Shown piece by piece: positions 1-7,192 of a stretch of 40,718 nucleotides of DNA. The stretch's first letter is position 1, and every line of letters begins with the position of its first letter. Location: NCBI GenBank assembly GCA_003567955.1, contig PWYF01000191.1:1-40718 (forward strand). The letters are read 5' to 3'. The notes under the pieces are model-generated. The model made no database searches. It worked only from the letters and a program-made list of their open reading frames with translations, and was not told where the DNA came from. The position numbers and the translations under genes were made by a program. This DNA is from Thiotrichales bacterium (GTDB lineage Bacteria > Pseudomonadota > Gammaproteobacteria > UBA5335 > SLRW01).

Positions 1-121
1 CTGTGGTCAGGGCCTTGCCGGGGTTTCAGGCCATAAAGCCCACCACAGAGGACACAGAGATCACGGAGATAAAACATTAGTTCATCTCAGTGTATTCGGT
101 GTGTTCGGTGTATTCGGTGGC
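1..121. repeat. Partial copy of palindromic repeat element C (truncated by window edge), inverted relative to 1584-1693
   Basis: 16-73 matches the reverse complement of 1615-1672 at 52/58 nt by manual alignment. It contains the 9-mer arrays ACCACAGAG-GACACAGAG-ATCACGGAG (42-68) and four (A/G)TTCGGTGT-like units (85-120). Confidence 0.9.
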
Positions 122-132
122 GCTTTAACTAC

Positions 133-169
133 CGCTAAACACACCCCATAGATATCCCGACAAGGCCCC
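133..169 (+). repeat. Direct repeat A, copy 1
   Basis: CGCTAAACACACCCCATAGATATCCCGACAAGGCCCC matches 1973-2009 at 30/37 nt, ungapped. Confidence 0.8.
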
Positions 170-200
170 CACACCCCCTTCTGAAAGCTGTTTGTGATTA

Positions 201-230
201 TTGGCGATAGCATGATATCCGTGATACCGT
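201..230 (+). promoter_or_regulatory. Putative sigma70 promoter of higBA (leaderless)
   Basis: TTGGCG (201-206), 18-nt spacer, TG-n-TACCGT extended -10 (222-230), then 6 nt to the ATG at 237. No Shine-Dalgarno sequence precedes higB. Confidence 0.5.
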
Positions 231-236
231 GTTTCC

Positions 237-530
237 ATGATTACCGGGTTCAGGGACAAGGGCACGGAGGACATCTTTGACGGCCGGGCTTCAAGGCATG
301 CCCGCAAGTCCTGTCCACAAGCGCTTTGGGGCATCGCCAGACGCAAACTTGATTTGCTTGATTCGGTTGAGACCCTCGAGGAGTTAAAATTGCCTCCGGG
401 AAACCGGCTTGAGGCACTTTCCGGTGACCGAAAGGGTCAATACAGCATCCGCATCAATCAGCAGTATCGGCTCTGCTTTCGCTGGGCCACTGCCGGGCCA
501 GAGGCACTAGAAATTACGGATTACCACTAG
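237..530 (+). CDS. higB: Type II toxin, HigB (RelE/ParE superfamily, plasmid maintenance killer-like)
   Basis: 97 aa with the HigB motifs LKLPPGNRLEALSGDRKGQYSIRINQQYRLCFRW and C-terminal EITDYH. The toxin lies upstream of an HTH antitoxin. Confidence 0.95.
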   Translation: MITGFRDKGTEDIFDGRASRHARKSCPQALWGIARRKLDLLDSVETLEELKLPPGNRLEALSGDRKGQYSIRINQQYRLCFRWATAGPEALEITDYH

Positions 531-539
531 AGGTTGATT

Positions 540-848
540 ATGGTTCGCATTCCCGCACAACGCGCCCCCACGCATCCCGGCGAAATGCTGCTGGAGGAAT
601 TCCTGGTGCCCATGGGAATCACCCAGCGCGAGTTGGCTGATGCTATCCACGTGCCTTATCAGCGCGTCAATGAACTGGTGAACCAAAAGCGCGGCATCAC
701 ACCGAGCACTGCGCTGCGCCTGGCGCGTTTTTTCGGCACCTCCGCTGGCTTCTGGCTGAACCTGCAACAGCGCTGGGACTTGTACCGCGCCCAACTGGAA
801 GAAAAAAACGAGCTTCTGACCATCCATCAGCACCAGGAGCCAGCCTGA
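540..848 (+). CDS. higA: Antitoxin HigA (Xre HTH, VapI family)
   Basis: PTHPGEMLLEEFL...GITQRELA...ITPSTALRLARFFGTS..FWLNLQ signature. GAGG at 530-533 favours the ATG at 540 over the track's 534 start. Confidence 0.95.
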   Translation: MVRIPAQRAPTHPGEMLLEEFLVPMGITQRELADAIHVPYQRVNELVNQKRGITPSTALRLARFFGTSAGFWLNLQQRWDLYRAQLEEKNELLTIHQHQEPA

Positions 849-860
849 ACCCATGAAGCC

Positions 861-916
861 GTTGTAAGCGGGATACCTTCCCGCTTTCCCGCTTACAACT
901 CACCCCGAAGGGGTGC
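861..916. repeat. Repeat B, left copy: 39-bp hairpin GTTGTAAGCGGGA...TCCCGCTTACAAC plus mini-hairpin CACCCC-GAA-GGGGTG
   Basis: 861-873 and 887-899 are perfect 13-nt inverted arms. 878-916 is identical (39/39) to 2037-2075, and 869-882 is identical to 2020-2033. It lies between the convergent higA and mazF 3' ends, so it could also act as a bidirectional terminator. Confidence 0.95.
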
Positions 917-1263
917 TACCGCTCAAGGATGAGATCAAGGCCGCTGAAGACCTCTTCGAGCCAGGGTTTGTGCAGCCGCCCCATATGCCCGGTCAGCGTT
1001 GACTTGTCGAGGGTAATGATCTGCGACACATTGGCCACGGAATCACGTGGCAAACCGGTATGCTTTTTTTGCAGCAGCACATTGCCCGGTGCGTCACGCC
1101 ATTTAAGATTGCTGGTCAGAACAATACACACCACCGTGGCGATCCGGCTTCGATTCAGGGCATTACCCTGAACCACCAGCACCGGCCGCCTCAAGCCCGG
1201 CTCTGATCCGGCGGGCTCCTCACTCAGATCAGCCCACCACACATCTCCCTGTGTAATCACCAT
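916..1263 (-). CDS. mazF: Type II toxin, PemK/MazF family endoribonuclease
   Basis: 115 aa with QGDVWWADL..GSEPGLRRPVLVVQ..LTSNL..APGNVLL..GLPRDSVANVSQIITLDK. It overlaps the antitoxin stop (ATGGTGA). Confidence 0.93.
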   Translation of the reverse strand: MVITQGDVWWADLSEEPAGSEPGLRRPVLVVQGNALNRSRIATVVCIVLTSNLKWRDAPGNVLLQKKHTGLPRDSVANVSQIITLDKSTLTGHMGRLHKPWLEEVFSGLDLILER

Positions 1264-1493
1264 TCATCCCTGTCAAACACCCGGCGCGCAGCCCGCCTGT
1301 GGAAGTCGTCATATTCCATGCCGGCTTCTTCGCAGACCCGGTTCATGGTCTCGGTCACATGATCGGGATCATGGCGCTGCAGAAATTCCCTGAGCGCACG
1401 ACTATAAAGCTGACTACGCGAGGTTTGCATACGATGCGCCACGCGATCAGCTTCTTCGTAAATATCGTCCGGCAATGATATGGCTACTTTCAT
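1257..1493 (-). CDS. Ribbon-helix-helix antitoxin (ChpI/MazE-like) cognate to mazF
   Basis: 78 aa with MKVAISLPDDIYEEADRVA..SRSQLYSRALREFL, an RHH pattern, ending in EW. It is coupled directly upstream of mazF. Confidence 0.88.
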   Translation of the reverse strand: MKVAISLPDDIYEEADRVAHRMQTSRSQLYSRALREFLQRHDPDHVTETMNRVCEEAGMEYDDFHRRAARRVFDRDEW

Positions 1494-1528
1494 ACCAAAA
1501 GTATGACCAGATCACCGATTCGGGTCAA
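1490..1528 (-). promoter_or_regulatory. Sigma70 promoter and operator palindrome of the RHH-mazF module
   Basis: The minus strand reads TTGACC (1528-1523), 17 nt, CATACT (1505-1500), 6 nt, ATG. A perfect inverted repeat TCATAC-N5-GTATGA (1490-1506) overlaps the -10 and the start codon. Confidence 0.75.
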
Positions 1529-1583
1529 GGTGTAGTGAAATGTTGTAAGCGGGAAAGCGGGAAAGCTGGAAAGTCGGTTTTTA

Positions 1584-1747
1584 GCCACCGAAGACACCGA
1601 ACACACTGAAATGCTTTATCTCCGTGACCTCTGTGTCCTCTGTGGTTAGCTTTATGGTCTGAAGCCTCGGCACAAGGCATTAATTCACCACAGAGGACAA
1701 AAAGGCTACAGAGACAATCTTTATATCCTTTCGGTGTGTTTGGTGGC
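1584..1747. repeat. Palindromic repeat element C (164 bp, two nested inverted arm pairs)
   Basis: Outer arms 1584-1601 and 1730-1747 match at 16/18. Inner arms 1619-1646 and 1687-1714 match at 23/28. The left arms are 9-mer triplets (CACCGAAnA; CTCTGTGnn). Confidence 0.9.
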
Positions 1748-1782
1748 AATATAAGAGGCGCAAGCAAGGTTTACCGTGTTTT

Positions 1783-1837
1783 CTGGCTTCCCGTCCCCGA
1801 TCCGGAGTCGAGGATGACGTTCCTGCGCGGGAATGAC
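1783..1837. repeat. REP-like hairpin CTGGcTTCCCG...CCTGCGCGGGAATGAC with a second hairpin nested at 1794-1818
   Basis: The outer stem is TTCCCG (1788-1793)/CGGGAA (1828-1833). The inner hairpin is TCCCCGATCCGGAGTCGAGGATGAC. Both end in ATGAC. Confidence 0.7.
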
Positions 1838-1850
1838 ATCTTTCAGGGTG

Positions 1851-1962
1851 AGTTTTCAGTGTTCTGTTTGAAGTTTTCCGACAAAACCCTTCATGCGCTT
1901 CATGAACTTCATGGTTAATATTCTCTGTTTTTCCTTTGCGGATTCGCGGCTTCGCGCGAGAC
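1851..1962. repeat. Three short-period tandem microarrays
   Basis: 7-mer AGTTTTC-AGTGTTC-TGTTTGA-AGTTTTC (1851-1878); 9-mer CTTCATGCG-CTTCATGAA-CTTCATGGT (1889-1915); 8-mer CTTTGCGG-ATTCGCGG-CTTCGCGC (1934-1957). Confidence 0.8.
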
Positions 1963-1972
1963 AAACAACCCA

Positions 1973-2009
1973 CGCCAAATACACCCCACACACATCCCGA
2001 TCAGGCCCC
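1973..2009 (+). repeat. Direct repeat A, copy 2
   Basis: 30/37 identical to 133-169. Confidence 0.8.
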
Positions 2010-2019
2010 AACCACATCA

Positions 2020-2075
2020 CGGGATACCTTCCCACATTCCCGCTTTCCCGCTTACAACTCACCCCGAAGGGGTGC
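2020..2075. repeat. Repeat B, right copy, overlapping the Nudix gene 3' end
   Basis: Identical to 869-916 apart from one extra 8-nt unit ACATTCCC (2034-2041). 2059-2075 encodes the terminal (G)TPSG-stop of the Nudix protein. Confidence 0.95.
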
Positions 2076-3006
2076 CAGTGAAAGCCCTGATCCCCGCCAC
2101 GCCCTGCCCGCCATGTTCGCGGGCCGTTTCAACATCGTCCGGAGTCATGCCGCCCAGGGCATAGACCGGAAACGGTGCGGCTTCAGCCAGCGCGGCGAAG
2201 CCATCCCACCCCAGTGGCGCCCGATCCGGATGCGAAGGCGTGGCCCGCACCGGCGAGAGCACAGCAAAGTCCACCGGCAGGCGGGCGGCCAGGGCGAGTT
2301 CGTCGGCATCGTGACATGAAGCGCCCAGCCAGCCACGCAGACCGGCCGGTCGCCGCCGCAAGCGCCGCAGTCGGCGAACGTTCAGGTGCGCCCCGTCAAA
2401 GCCCAGCCGCGCGGCCAGCGAGGGCGGACCATTGAGCACCACTGGCACCCCGGCAGCACGGGCTACATCACGCATCGCCCGCAACCAGTCGGTGTCGCGT
2501 AATTGCGCCGGCGACGGGCGCAGCTGCACCAGCGCCGGGGCTGCCGACTGCAGCAAGCGGGCGAAAGCTTCCGGTCCGGTGAGATCCGCCGGGGTAATGG
2601 GCAGGCAGTCCGGCAGGCACAATGCGTTCACAATGGGCCCGTTGGCCGGGAGTATGCGCTGCCCTGACAGTTGCCCGGGTTCAAGCCACTGGAGTTGCTG
2701 TCCCTCAAGCGGCCGGGGCTCGCCGTCAAAAGCTGCCACCTCATGCACATCAAGCAGCACGCGGCGATCAGGGTAGGTATAGGGGATACGGATCAACGGG
2801 CGCAGGGCGCCATGCACCTGGATGCCAAGCTCTTCAGCAAGCTCGCGCGCCAGCGCGGTGGTTATGCTCTCGCCCGGCGCCACCTTACCGCCGGGGAATT
2901 CCATGTAGCCGGCCATGTGACGGCCCTCGGGCCGGCGGGCGACCAGCACCCGGCCGCATGTATCGCGCAGGATCCCTACCGCCACGTGCAACAGCGGCCC
3001 GGTCAT
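2059..3006 (-). CDS. mutT: Nudix hydrolase (MutT-like 8-oxo-dGTP diphosphatase) fused to a thiamine-phosphate-synthase-like domain
   Basis: Nudix box GGKVAPGESITTALARELAEELGI and the ThiE-like C-terminal motifs GASCH..VLSPV..T.SHP..VYALGG. It occupies the usual position after secA-argJ. Confidence 0.88.
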   Translation of the reverse strand: MTGPLLHVAVGILRDTCGRVLVARRPEGRHMAGYMEFPGGKVAPGESITTALARELAEELGIQVHGALRPLIRIPYTYPDRRVLLDVHEVAAFDGEPRPLEGQQLQWLEPGQLSGQRILPANGPIVNALCLPDCLPITPADLTGPEAFARLLQSAAPALVQLRPSPAQLRDTDWLRAMRDVARAAGVPVVLNGPPSLAARLGFDGAHLNVRRLRRLRRRPAGLRGWLGASCHDADELALAARLPVDFAVLSPVRATPSHPDRAPLGWDGFAALAEAAPFPVYALGGMTPDDVETAREHGGQGVAGIRAFTGTPSG

Positions 3007-3033
3007 GGGCAGAAGGCAACGCCGGGCCCGGCC

Positions 3034-4251
3034 TCAGGAGCGGTACTCGGCATTGATACGTACGTAGTCATGGCTCAGGTCGCAGGTCCAGAGTTGGGTG
3101 GCCGCCTCACCCCGGCCCAGCTGAATAGTCACACTGATGTCTTCTTCAGCCATCGCCGCCTGGCCGGCCGCCTCGGTGTAGCCGGGCGCAGGTTCACCAC
3201 CGCGCACCAGCGCCACCTCGCCCAGGCTGATATCCACCCCGGTGATATCCAGATCGGCAATCCCGGCGCGGCCCACCGCCGCCAGGATACGGCCCCAGTT
3301 CGGGTCAGCGGCGTAAAAAGCCGTCTTTACCAGCGGCGAATGAGCCACCGCCTCGGCTACGCGACGCGCCTCGGCTTCGCTGGCCGCACCGGTCACATCA
3401 AGCGTGATGAATTTGGTGGCACCCTCGCCGTCACGCACAATCGCCTGTGCCAGGGCCACGCACACTGCCTCTATTGCCCCGGCGAAAGCCTGCCAGCCCG
3501 GACCGTCGGGCACCAGTGGCTCGCCACCGGCCGCGCCCGTGGCCACCAACACGCAGGCGTCATTGGTCGAGGTATCACCGTCCACGCTGATGCGGTTAAA
3601 AGAGCGCTTTGTCACCTCGGCCAGCAGACCCTGCAGATGCGCCTGCGACACGGGCGCATCGGTAGCCACAAAGGCCAGCATGGTGGCCATATCCGGGCGG
3701 ATCATACCGGCGCCCTTGCTGATGCCGGTCACCGTCACCTCAATACCGTTGACCTCGACTCGCGTAGAGGCGCCCTTGGGTCTTGTATCGGTGGTGAGAA
3801 TGGCTTCGGCGGCACCGGCCCAGCCATCTTCATTCAGTGCCGCCACCAGGGCCGGCAGGGCCGCCTCAATACGATCCACCGCCAGCGCCTCGCCGATCAC
3901 CCCGGTGGAAAAAGGCAGCACGGCTTCAGCCGCAACATCCAGTTCACCGGCCAGTGCGGCACAACTGCGCTGGGCCGCGGCAATCCCGGCCTGACCGGTG
4001 CCGGCATTGGCTGAGCCGGTATTGATCAGAAGCGCACGCGGGGACCCCGCCTGCAGGTGCTCACGCGCCACAATGACCGGTGCGGCGCAAAAGGCATTGG
4101 TGGTGAATACGGCTGCCACGCTGCTGCCCTCCGCCATTGCCAGCAGGGCCAGATCACGGCGCCCGGATTTGCGTATACCCGCACTGGCATACGCCAGGCG
4201 CACCCCGGCCACCGGGTGTAATTCGGGCAGCTTCGCCGGGTCCGTGGCCAT
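3034..4251 (-). CDS. argJ: Bifunctional ornithine acetyltransferase/N-acetylglutamate synthase
   Basis: KGAGMIRPDMATML autocleavage motif, DGDTSTND, DPNWGRI and C-terminal YVRINAEYRS. The ATG at 4251 overlaps the secA TGA (TGATG). Confidence 0.96.
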   Translation of the reverse strand: MATDPAKLPELHPVAGVRLAYASAGIRKSGRRDLALLAMAEGSSVAAVFTTNAFCAAPVIVAREHLQAGSPRALLINTGSANAGTGQAGIAAAQRSCAALAGELDVAAEAVLPFSTGVIGEALAVDRIEAALPALVAALNEDGWAGAAEAILTTDTRPKGASTRVEVNGIEVTVTGISKGAGMIRPDMATMLAFVATDAPVSQAHLQGLLAEVTKRSFNRISVDGDTSTNDACVLVATGAAGGEPLVPDGPGWQAFAGAIEAVCVALAQAIVRDGEGATKFITLDVTGAASEAEARRVAEAVAHSPLVKTAFYAADPNWGRILAAVGRAGIADLDITGVDISLGEVALVRGGEPAPGYTEAAGQAAMAEEDISVTIQLGRGEAATQLWTCDLSHDYVRINAEYRS

Positions 4252-6998
4252 CAATTCAGTCGACCGTGGCAGTGTTTGTACTTCTTGCCGGAGCCGCACG
4301 GACAGGGCTCATTGCGCCCCACCTTGCGATCCTGGCGCACGAAGGTCTGCGGTTTTTCGCCGGCCTGGCGCTGCCGGCCCTGCGGGGGCGGCGGCGCACC
4401 GGTATCCGGCGTGGCGCCGGCCGTGGCGGCGGCCGAGGGGCTGGCGGCATGGCGGAAAGTCATGTCCACCGACTGCTGGCGACGCTGTTCCTCAATCGCC
4501 TGCACGTCCTCCTCGGCCCGTAACTGCACTTTCTGCAGCAGAGTAACGGTATCGTGCTTGAGCCGCTCCAGCAGCTCCTCAAACATGCCGAAGGCTTCAC
4601 GCTTGTATTCCTGCTTGGGGTTTTTCTGGGCAAAGCCACGCAGACCGATGCCCTGGCGCAGGTAGTCCATGGCCGCCAGATGCTCGCGCCAGAGGTTGTC
4701 CAGCACATTGAGCATGACTGACTTTTCCAGTTGGCGCATGACCTGCTGACCGACCTTCTCCGACTTTTCCTCGTAGGCCCGGGTCAGCTCCATAAACACC
4801 TTCTGACGCACCCCGGCCTCGTTGAGCATCTCATCTTCTTCCAGCCAGCGGGACACCGGCAGTTCGGCATGGAATTCCTGCTTCAGGGCTTCTTCCAGAC
4901 CCTCCAGGTCCCACTGCTCCTCAATACTGCCGTGCGGCATGAAAGGATCGATCACCTCATCCACCACATCTTCACGAATCGCCTCGATGGTGCCGGAAAT
5001 ATCATCGGCCTCAAGCAATTCGCGACGTTGCTCATAGATCACCTTGCGCTGATCATTGGCGACATCGTCATATTCGAGCAGCTGCTTGCGGATATCGAAG
5101 TTGTGCCCTTCTACCTTGCGCTGGGCGTTCTCGATGGCGCGCGACACCCAGGGGTGCTCAATCGCCTCACCACGCTCCATGCCCATGCGCTGCATCAGAG
5201 ACCCGATCCGGCCCGAACCGAACACACGCAACAGATCGTCTTCCAGTGACAGATAGAAGCGACTGGAGCCAGGGTCGCCCTGACGGCCGGCACGGCCTCG
5301 CAGCTGGTTATCCACCCGCCGTGATTCATGACGCTCGGTGCCGATGATATGCAGGCCACCAGCCTCAATCACCTGGCGGTGGCGCTCGTCCCAGGCCTTG
5401 CGGCGTTCGGCGACGGTGGCCTCGTCCGGATCCTCAAGCTTGCGCAGCTCGGCCTCCAGGTTACCGCCGAGCACGATATCCGTGCCACGGCCGGCCATGT
5501 TGGTGGCGATGGTCACCCGCCCCGGCTGCCCGGCCTGGGCGATGATGTCAGCCTCGCGCTCATGTTGCTTGGCGTTAAGCACCTCATGTGCGATCTTGCG
5601 CTCGTCAAGCTGGCGCGAGAGCATTTCCGAGATTTCGATAGAGGTGGTGCCCACCAGCACGGGCTGGCCGCGCTGCTGGCAATCCACAATATCCTCGATG
5701 ACCGCCTCGTATTTCTCCTCCGCCGTCATGAAAACCTTGTCGCTGAAATCCTCACGCACCATGGGACGATGGGTGGGGATGACCAGCACTTCCAGACCAT
5801 AAATGGTCTGGAATTCATAGGCCTCGGTATCAGCGGTACCGGTCATGCCGGACAACTTGTCGTAAATACGGAAGAAATTCTGGAAGGTGGTGGAGGCCAG
5901 GGTCTGGTTTTCACTCTGGATACTCAGCCCTTCCTTGGCCTCGATCGCCTGGTGCAGGCCCTCGGACCAGCGCCGGCCGGGCATGGTGCGACCGGTGAAT
6001 TCGTCCACGATCACGATCTGGCCATCCCGCACAATGTAGTGCACGTCTTTCTGGAACAGCCGGTGGGCGCGCAGGGCCGCGTTTACGTGCGCCATGATGT
6101 TGAGGTTGGCGGCGTCATACAGGCTCTGGCCTTCTTCCAGAATGCCCGCTTCCGAAAGCATATTCTCGACGTTCTCGTGGCCGGCCTCGGTGAGAAACAC
6201 CTGGCGGTTTTTCTCGTCCACGGTGAAATCACCACCGTCGCCCTCTTCAACCTCTTCGCTCAAGCGGGGCACCAGCTTGTTGATGGTGTTGTACAGCTCG
6301 GTGTTTTCACGGGTGGCACCGGAGATGACAAGCGGCGTACGCGCCTCGTCAATCAGGATGGAGTCCACCTCGTCGACAATGCCAAAGTGCAGTTCACGCT
6401 GGACGCGCTCCTCGATGGATAGCGCCATATTGTCACGCAGGTAGTCAAAGCCGAATTCATTATTGGTGCCGTAGGTGATGTCAGCGCCATAGGCCTCGCG
6501 TTTTTCGTCCCGTTCCTGGCCACCCCGGACCACCCCCACGGTCATACCTAGCGCGGTATAGATCTGGCCCATCCATTCGGCGTCACGACTGGCCAGATAG
6601 TCATTAACCGTAATCAGGTGGACGCCCTTGCCGGGCAGGGCATTGAGATAAGCGGCCAGGGTCGCCACCAGGGTCTTGCCCTCACCGGTTTTCATTTCGG
6701 CAATATGGCCCTCGTGCAAGGCCATACCACCAACCAGCTGCACGTCGAAATGGCGCATGCCCAGGGTACGCCGCCCCGCTTCCCGGACCGCGGCAAAGGC
6801 TTCCGGCAAAAGCGCATCCAGCTTTTCACCCTGGCCCAGTCGTTCACGAAAACGGGCCGTGCACTGGCGCAGATCATCATCGCCAAGTTGCTCGAAATCG
6901 GGCTCCAGCGCATTGATTTTGTCCACCACCCGCCACATGCGTTTCAACACGCGCCGGTTGCGACTGCCCATTATTCTGGTGATCAGATTTGCAATCAT
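4251..6998 (-). CDS. secA: Preprotein translocase ATPase SecA
   Basis: [35 protein letters not shown] and the C-terminal SEC-C motif [19 protein letters not shown]. The ATG at 6998 is preceded by AGGA. Confidence 0.98.
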   Translation of the reverse strand: MIANLITRIMGSRNRRVLKRMWRVVDKINALEPDFEQLGDDDLRQCTARFRERLGQGEKLDALLPEAFAAVREAGRRTLGMRHFDVQLVGGMALHEGHIAEMKTGEGKTLVATLAAYLNALPGKGVHLITVNDYLASRDAEWMGQIYTALGMTVGVVRGGQERDEKREAYGADITYGTNNEFGFDYLRDNMALSIEERVQRELHFGIVDEVDSILIDEARTPLVISGATRENTELYNTINKLVPRLSEEVEEGDGGDFTVDEKNRQVFLTEAGHENVENMLSEAGILEEGQSLYDAANLNIMAHVNAALRAHRLFQKDVHYIVRDGQIVIVDEFTGRTMPGRRWSEGLHQAIEAKEGLSIQSENQTLASTTFQNFFRIYDKLSGMTGTADTEAYEFQTIYGLEVLVIPTHRPMVREDFSDKVFMTAEEKYEAVIEDIVDCQQRGQPVLVGTTSIEISEMLSRQLDERKIAHEVLNAKQHEREADIIAQAGQPGRVTIATNMAGRGTDIVLGGNLEAELRKLEDPDEATVAERRKAWDERHRQVIEAGGLHIIGTERHESRRVDNQLRGRAGRQGDPGSSRFYLSLEDDLLRVFGSGRIGSLMQRMGMERGEAIEHPWVSRAIENAQRKVEGHNFDIRKQLLEYDDVANDQRKVIYEQRRELLEADDISGTIEAIREDVVDEVIDPFMPHGSIEEQWDLEGLEEALKQEFHAELPVSRWLEEDEMLNEAGVRQKVFMELTRAYEEKSEKVGQQVMRQLEKSVMLNVLDNLWREHLAAMDYLRQGIGLRGFAQKNPKQEYKREAFGMFEELLERLKHDTVTLLQKVQLRAEEDVQAIEEQRRQQSVDMTFRHAASPSAAATAGATPDTGAPPPPQGRQRQAGEKPQTFVRQDRKVGRNEPCPCGSGKKYKHCHGRLN

Positions 6999-7162
6999 GT
7001 GTCCTGCTTGTCCCGTGTATACCCCGTGTGGCACAGGCTGATGATGCCGACCGTCATGCCACGACTGCCCGACCGGCAACTATAAAGGCCCCGGCCATAA
7101 TTAAAAAGTATCCGCACCAGGGAAAGCGTGATAATAACCAGTCGGAGCACGCCCAAACGACA

Positions 7163-7192
7163 GGGGGCGTGACCCGTAACGGGCACGCCCCC
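7163..7192 (-). terminator. GC-rich hairpin downstream of the M23 gene
   Basis: GGGGGCGTG-A-CCCG-TAA-CGGG-CACGCCCCC. The U-tract on the minus strand is weak (TGTCGTTT). Confidence 0.5.

Larger units (their letters stand above)
1542..2058. mobile_element. Non-coding MITE-like composite element bounded by 33-bp terminal inverted repeats
   Basis: 1542-1574 matches the reverse complement of 2026-2058 at 29/33 nt (first 22 nt perfect). The interior is a patchwork of repeats with no credible CDS and no obvious target-site duplication. Mobility is inferred, not shown. Confidence 0.55.

Noticed and set aside
861-899. GTTGT...ACAAC 39-mer resembling a type II/VI CRISPR repeat
   Set aside because: There is only one full copy, no regular repeat-spacer periodicity and no cas gene. 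The other copies are separate half-arms in both orientations.
861-2058. Integron attC interpretation (GTT/AAC ends next to TA genes)
   Set aside because: attC sites run RYYYAAC...GTTRRRY around a short hairpin. Here the short hairpin has the opposite polarity (GTT...AAC), no L boxes are evident, and there is no intI in the window.
1525-2081. Short ORFs across the repeat block (1525-1767, 1680-1991, 1736-1918, 1856-2062, 1893-2081) and 697-903
   Set aside because: They are translations of the microarrays (e.g. HEVHEAHE, HRGHRGH). The shared MSCKRESG start of 697-903 and 1856-2062 simply reflects repeat B. They show no family motifs.
2059-3006. MutT-ThiE-like domain fusion as a novelty
   Set aside because: The fusion is common downstream of secA/argJ in Pseudomonas-, Xanthomonas- and Chromatiales-type genomes.
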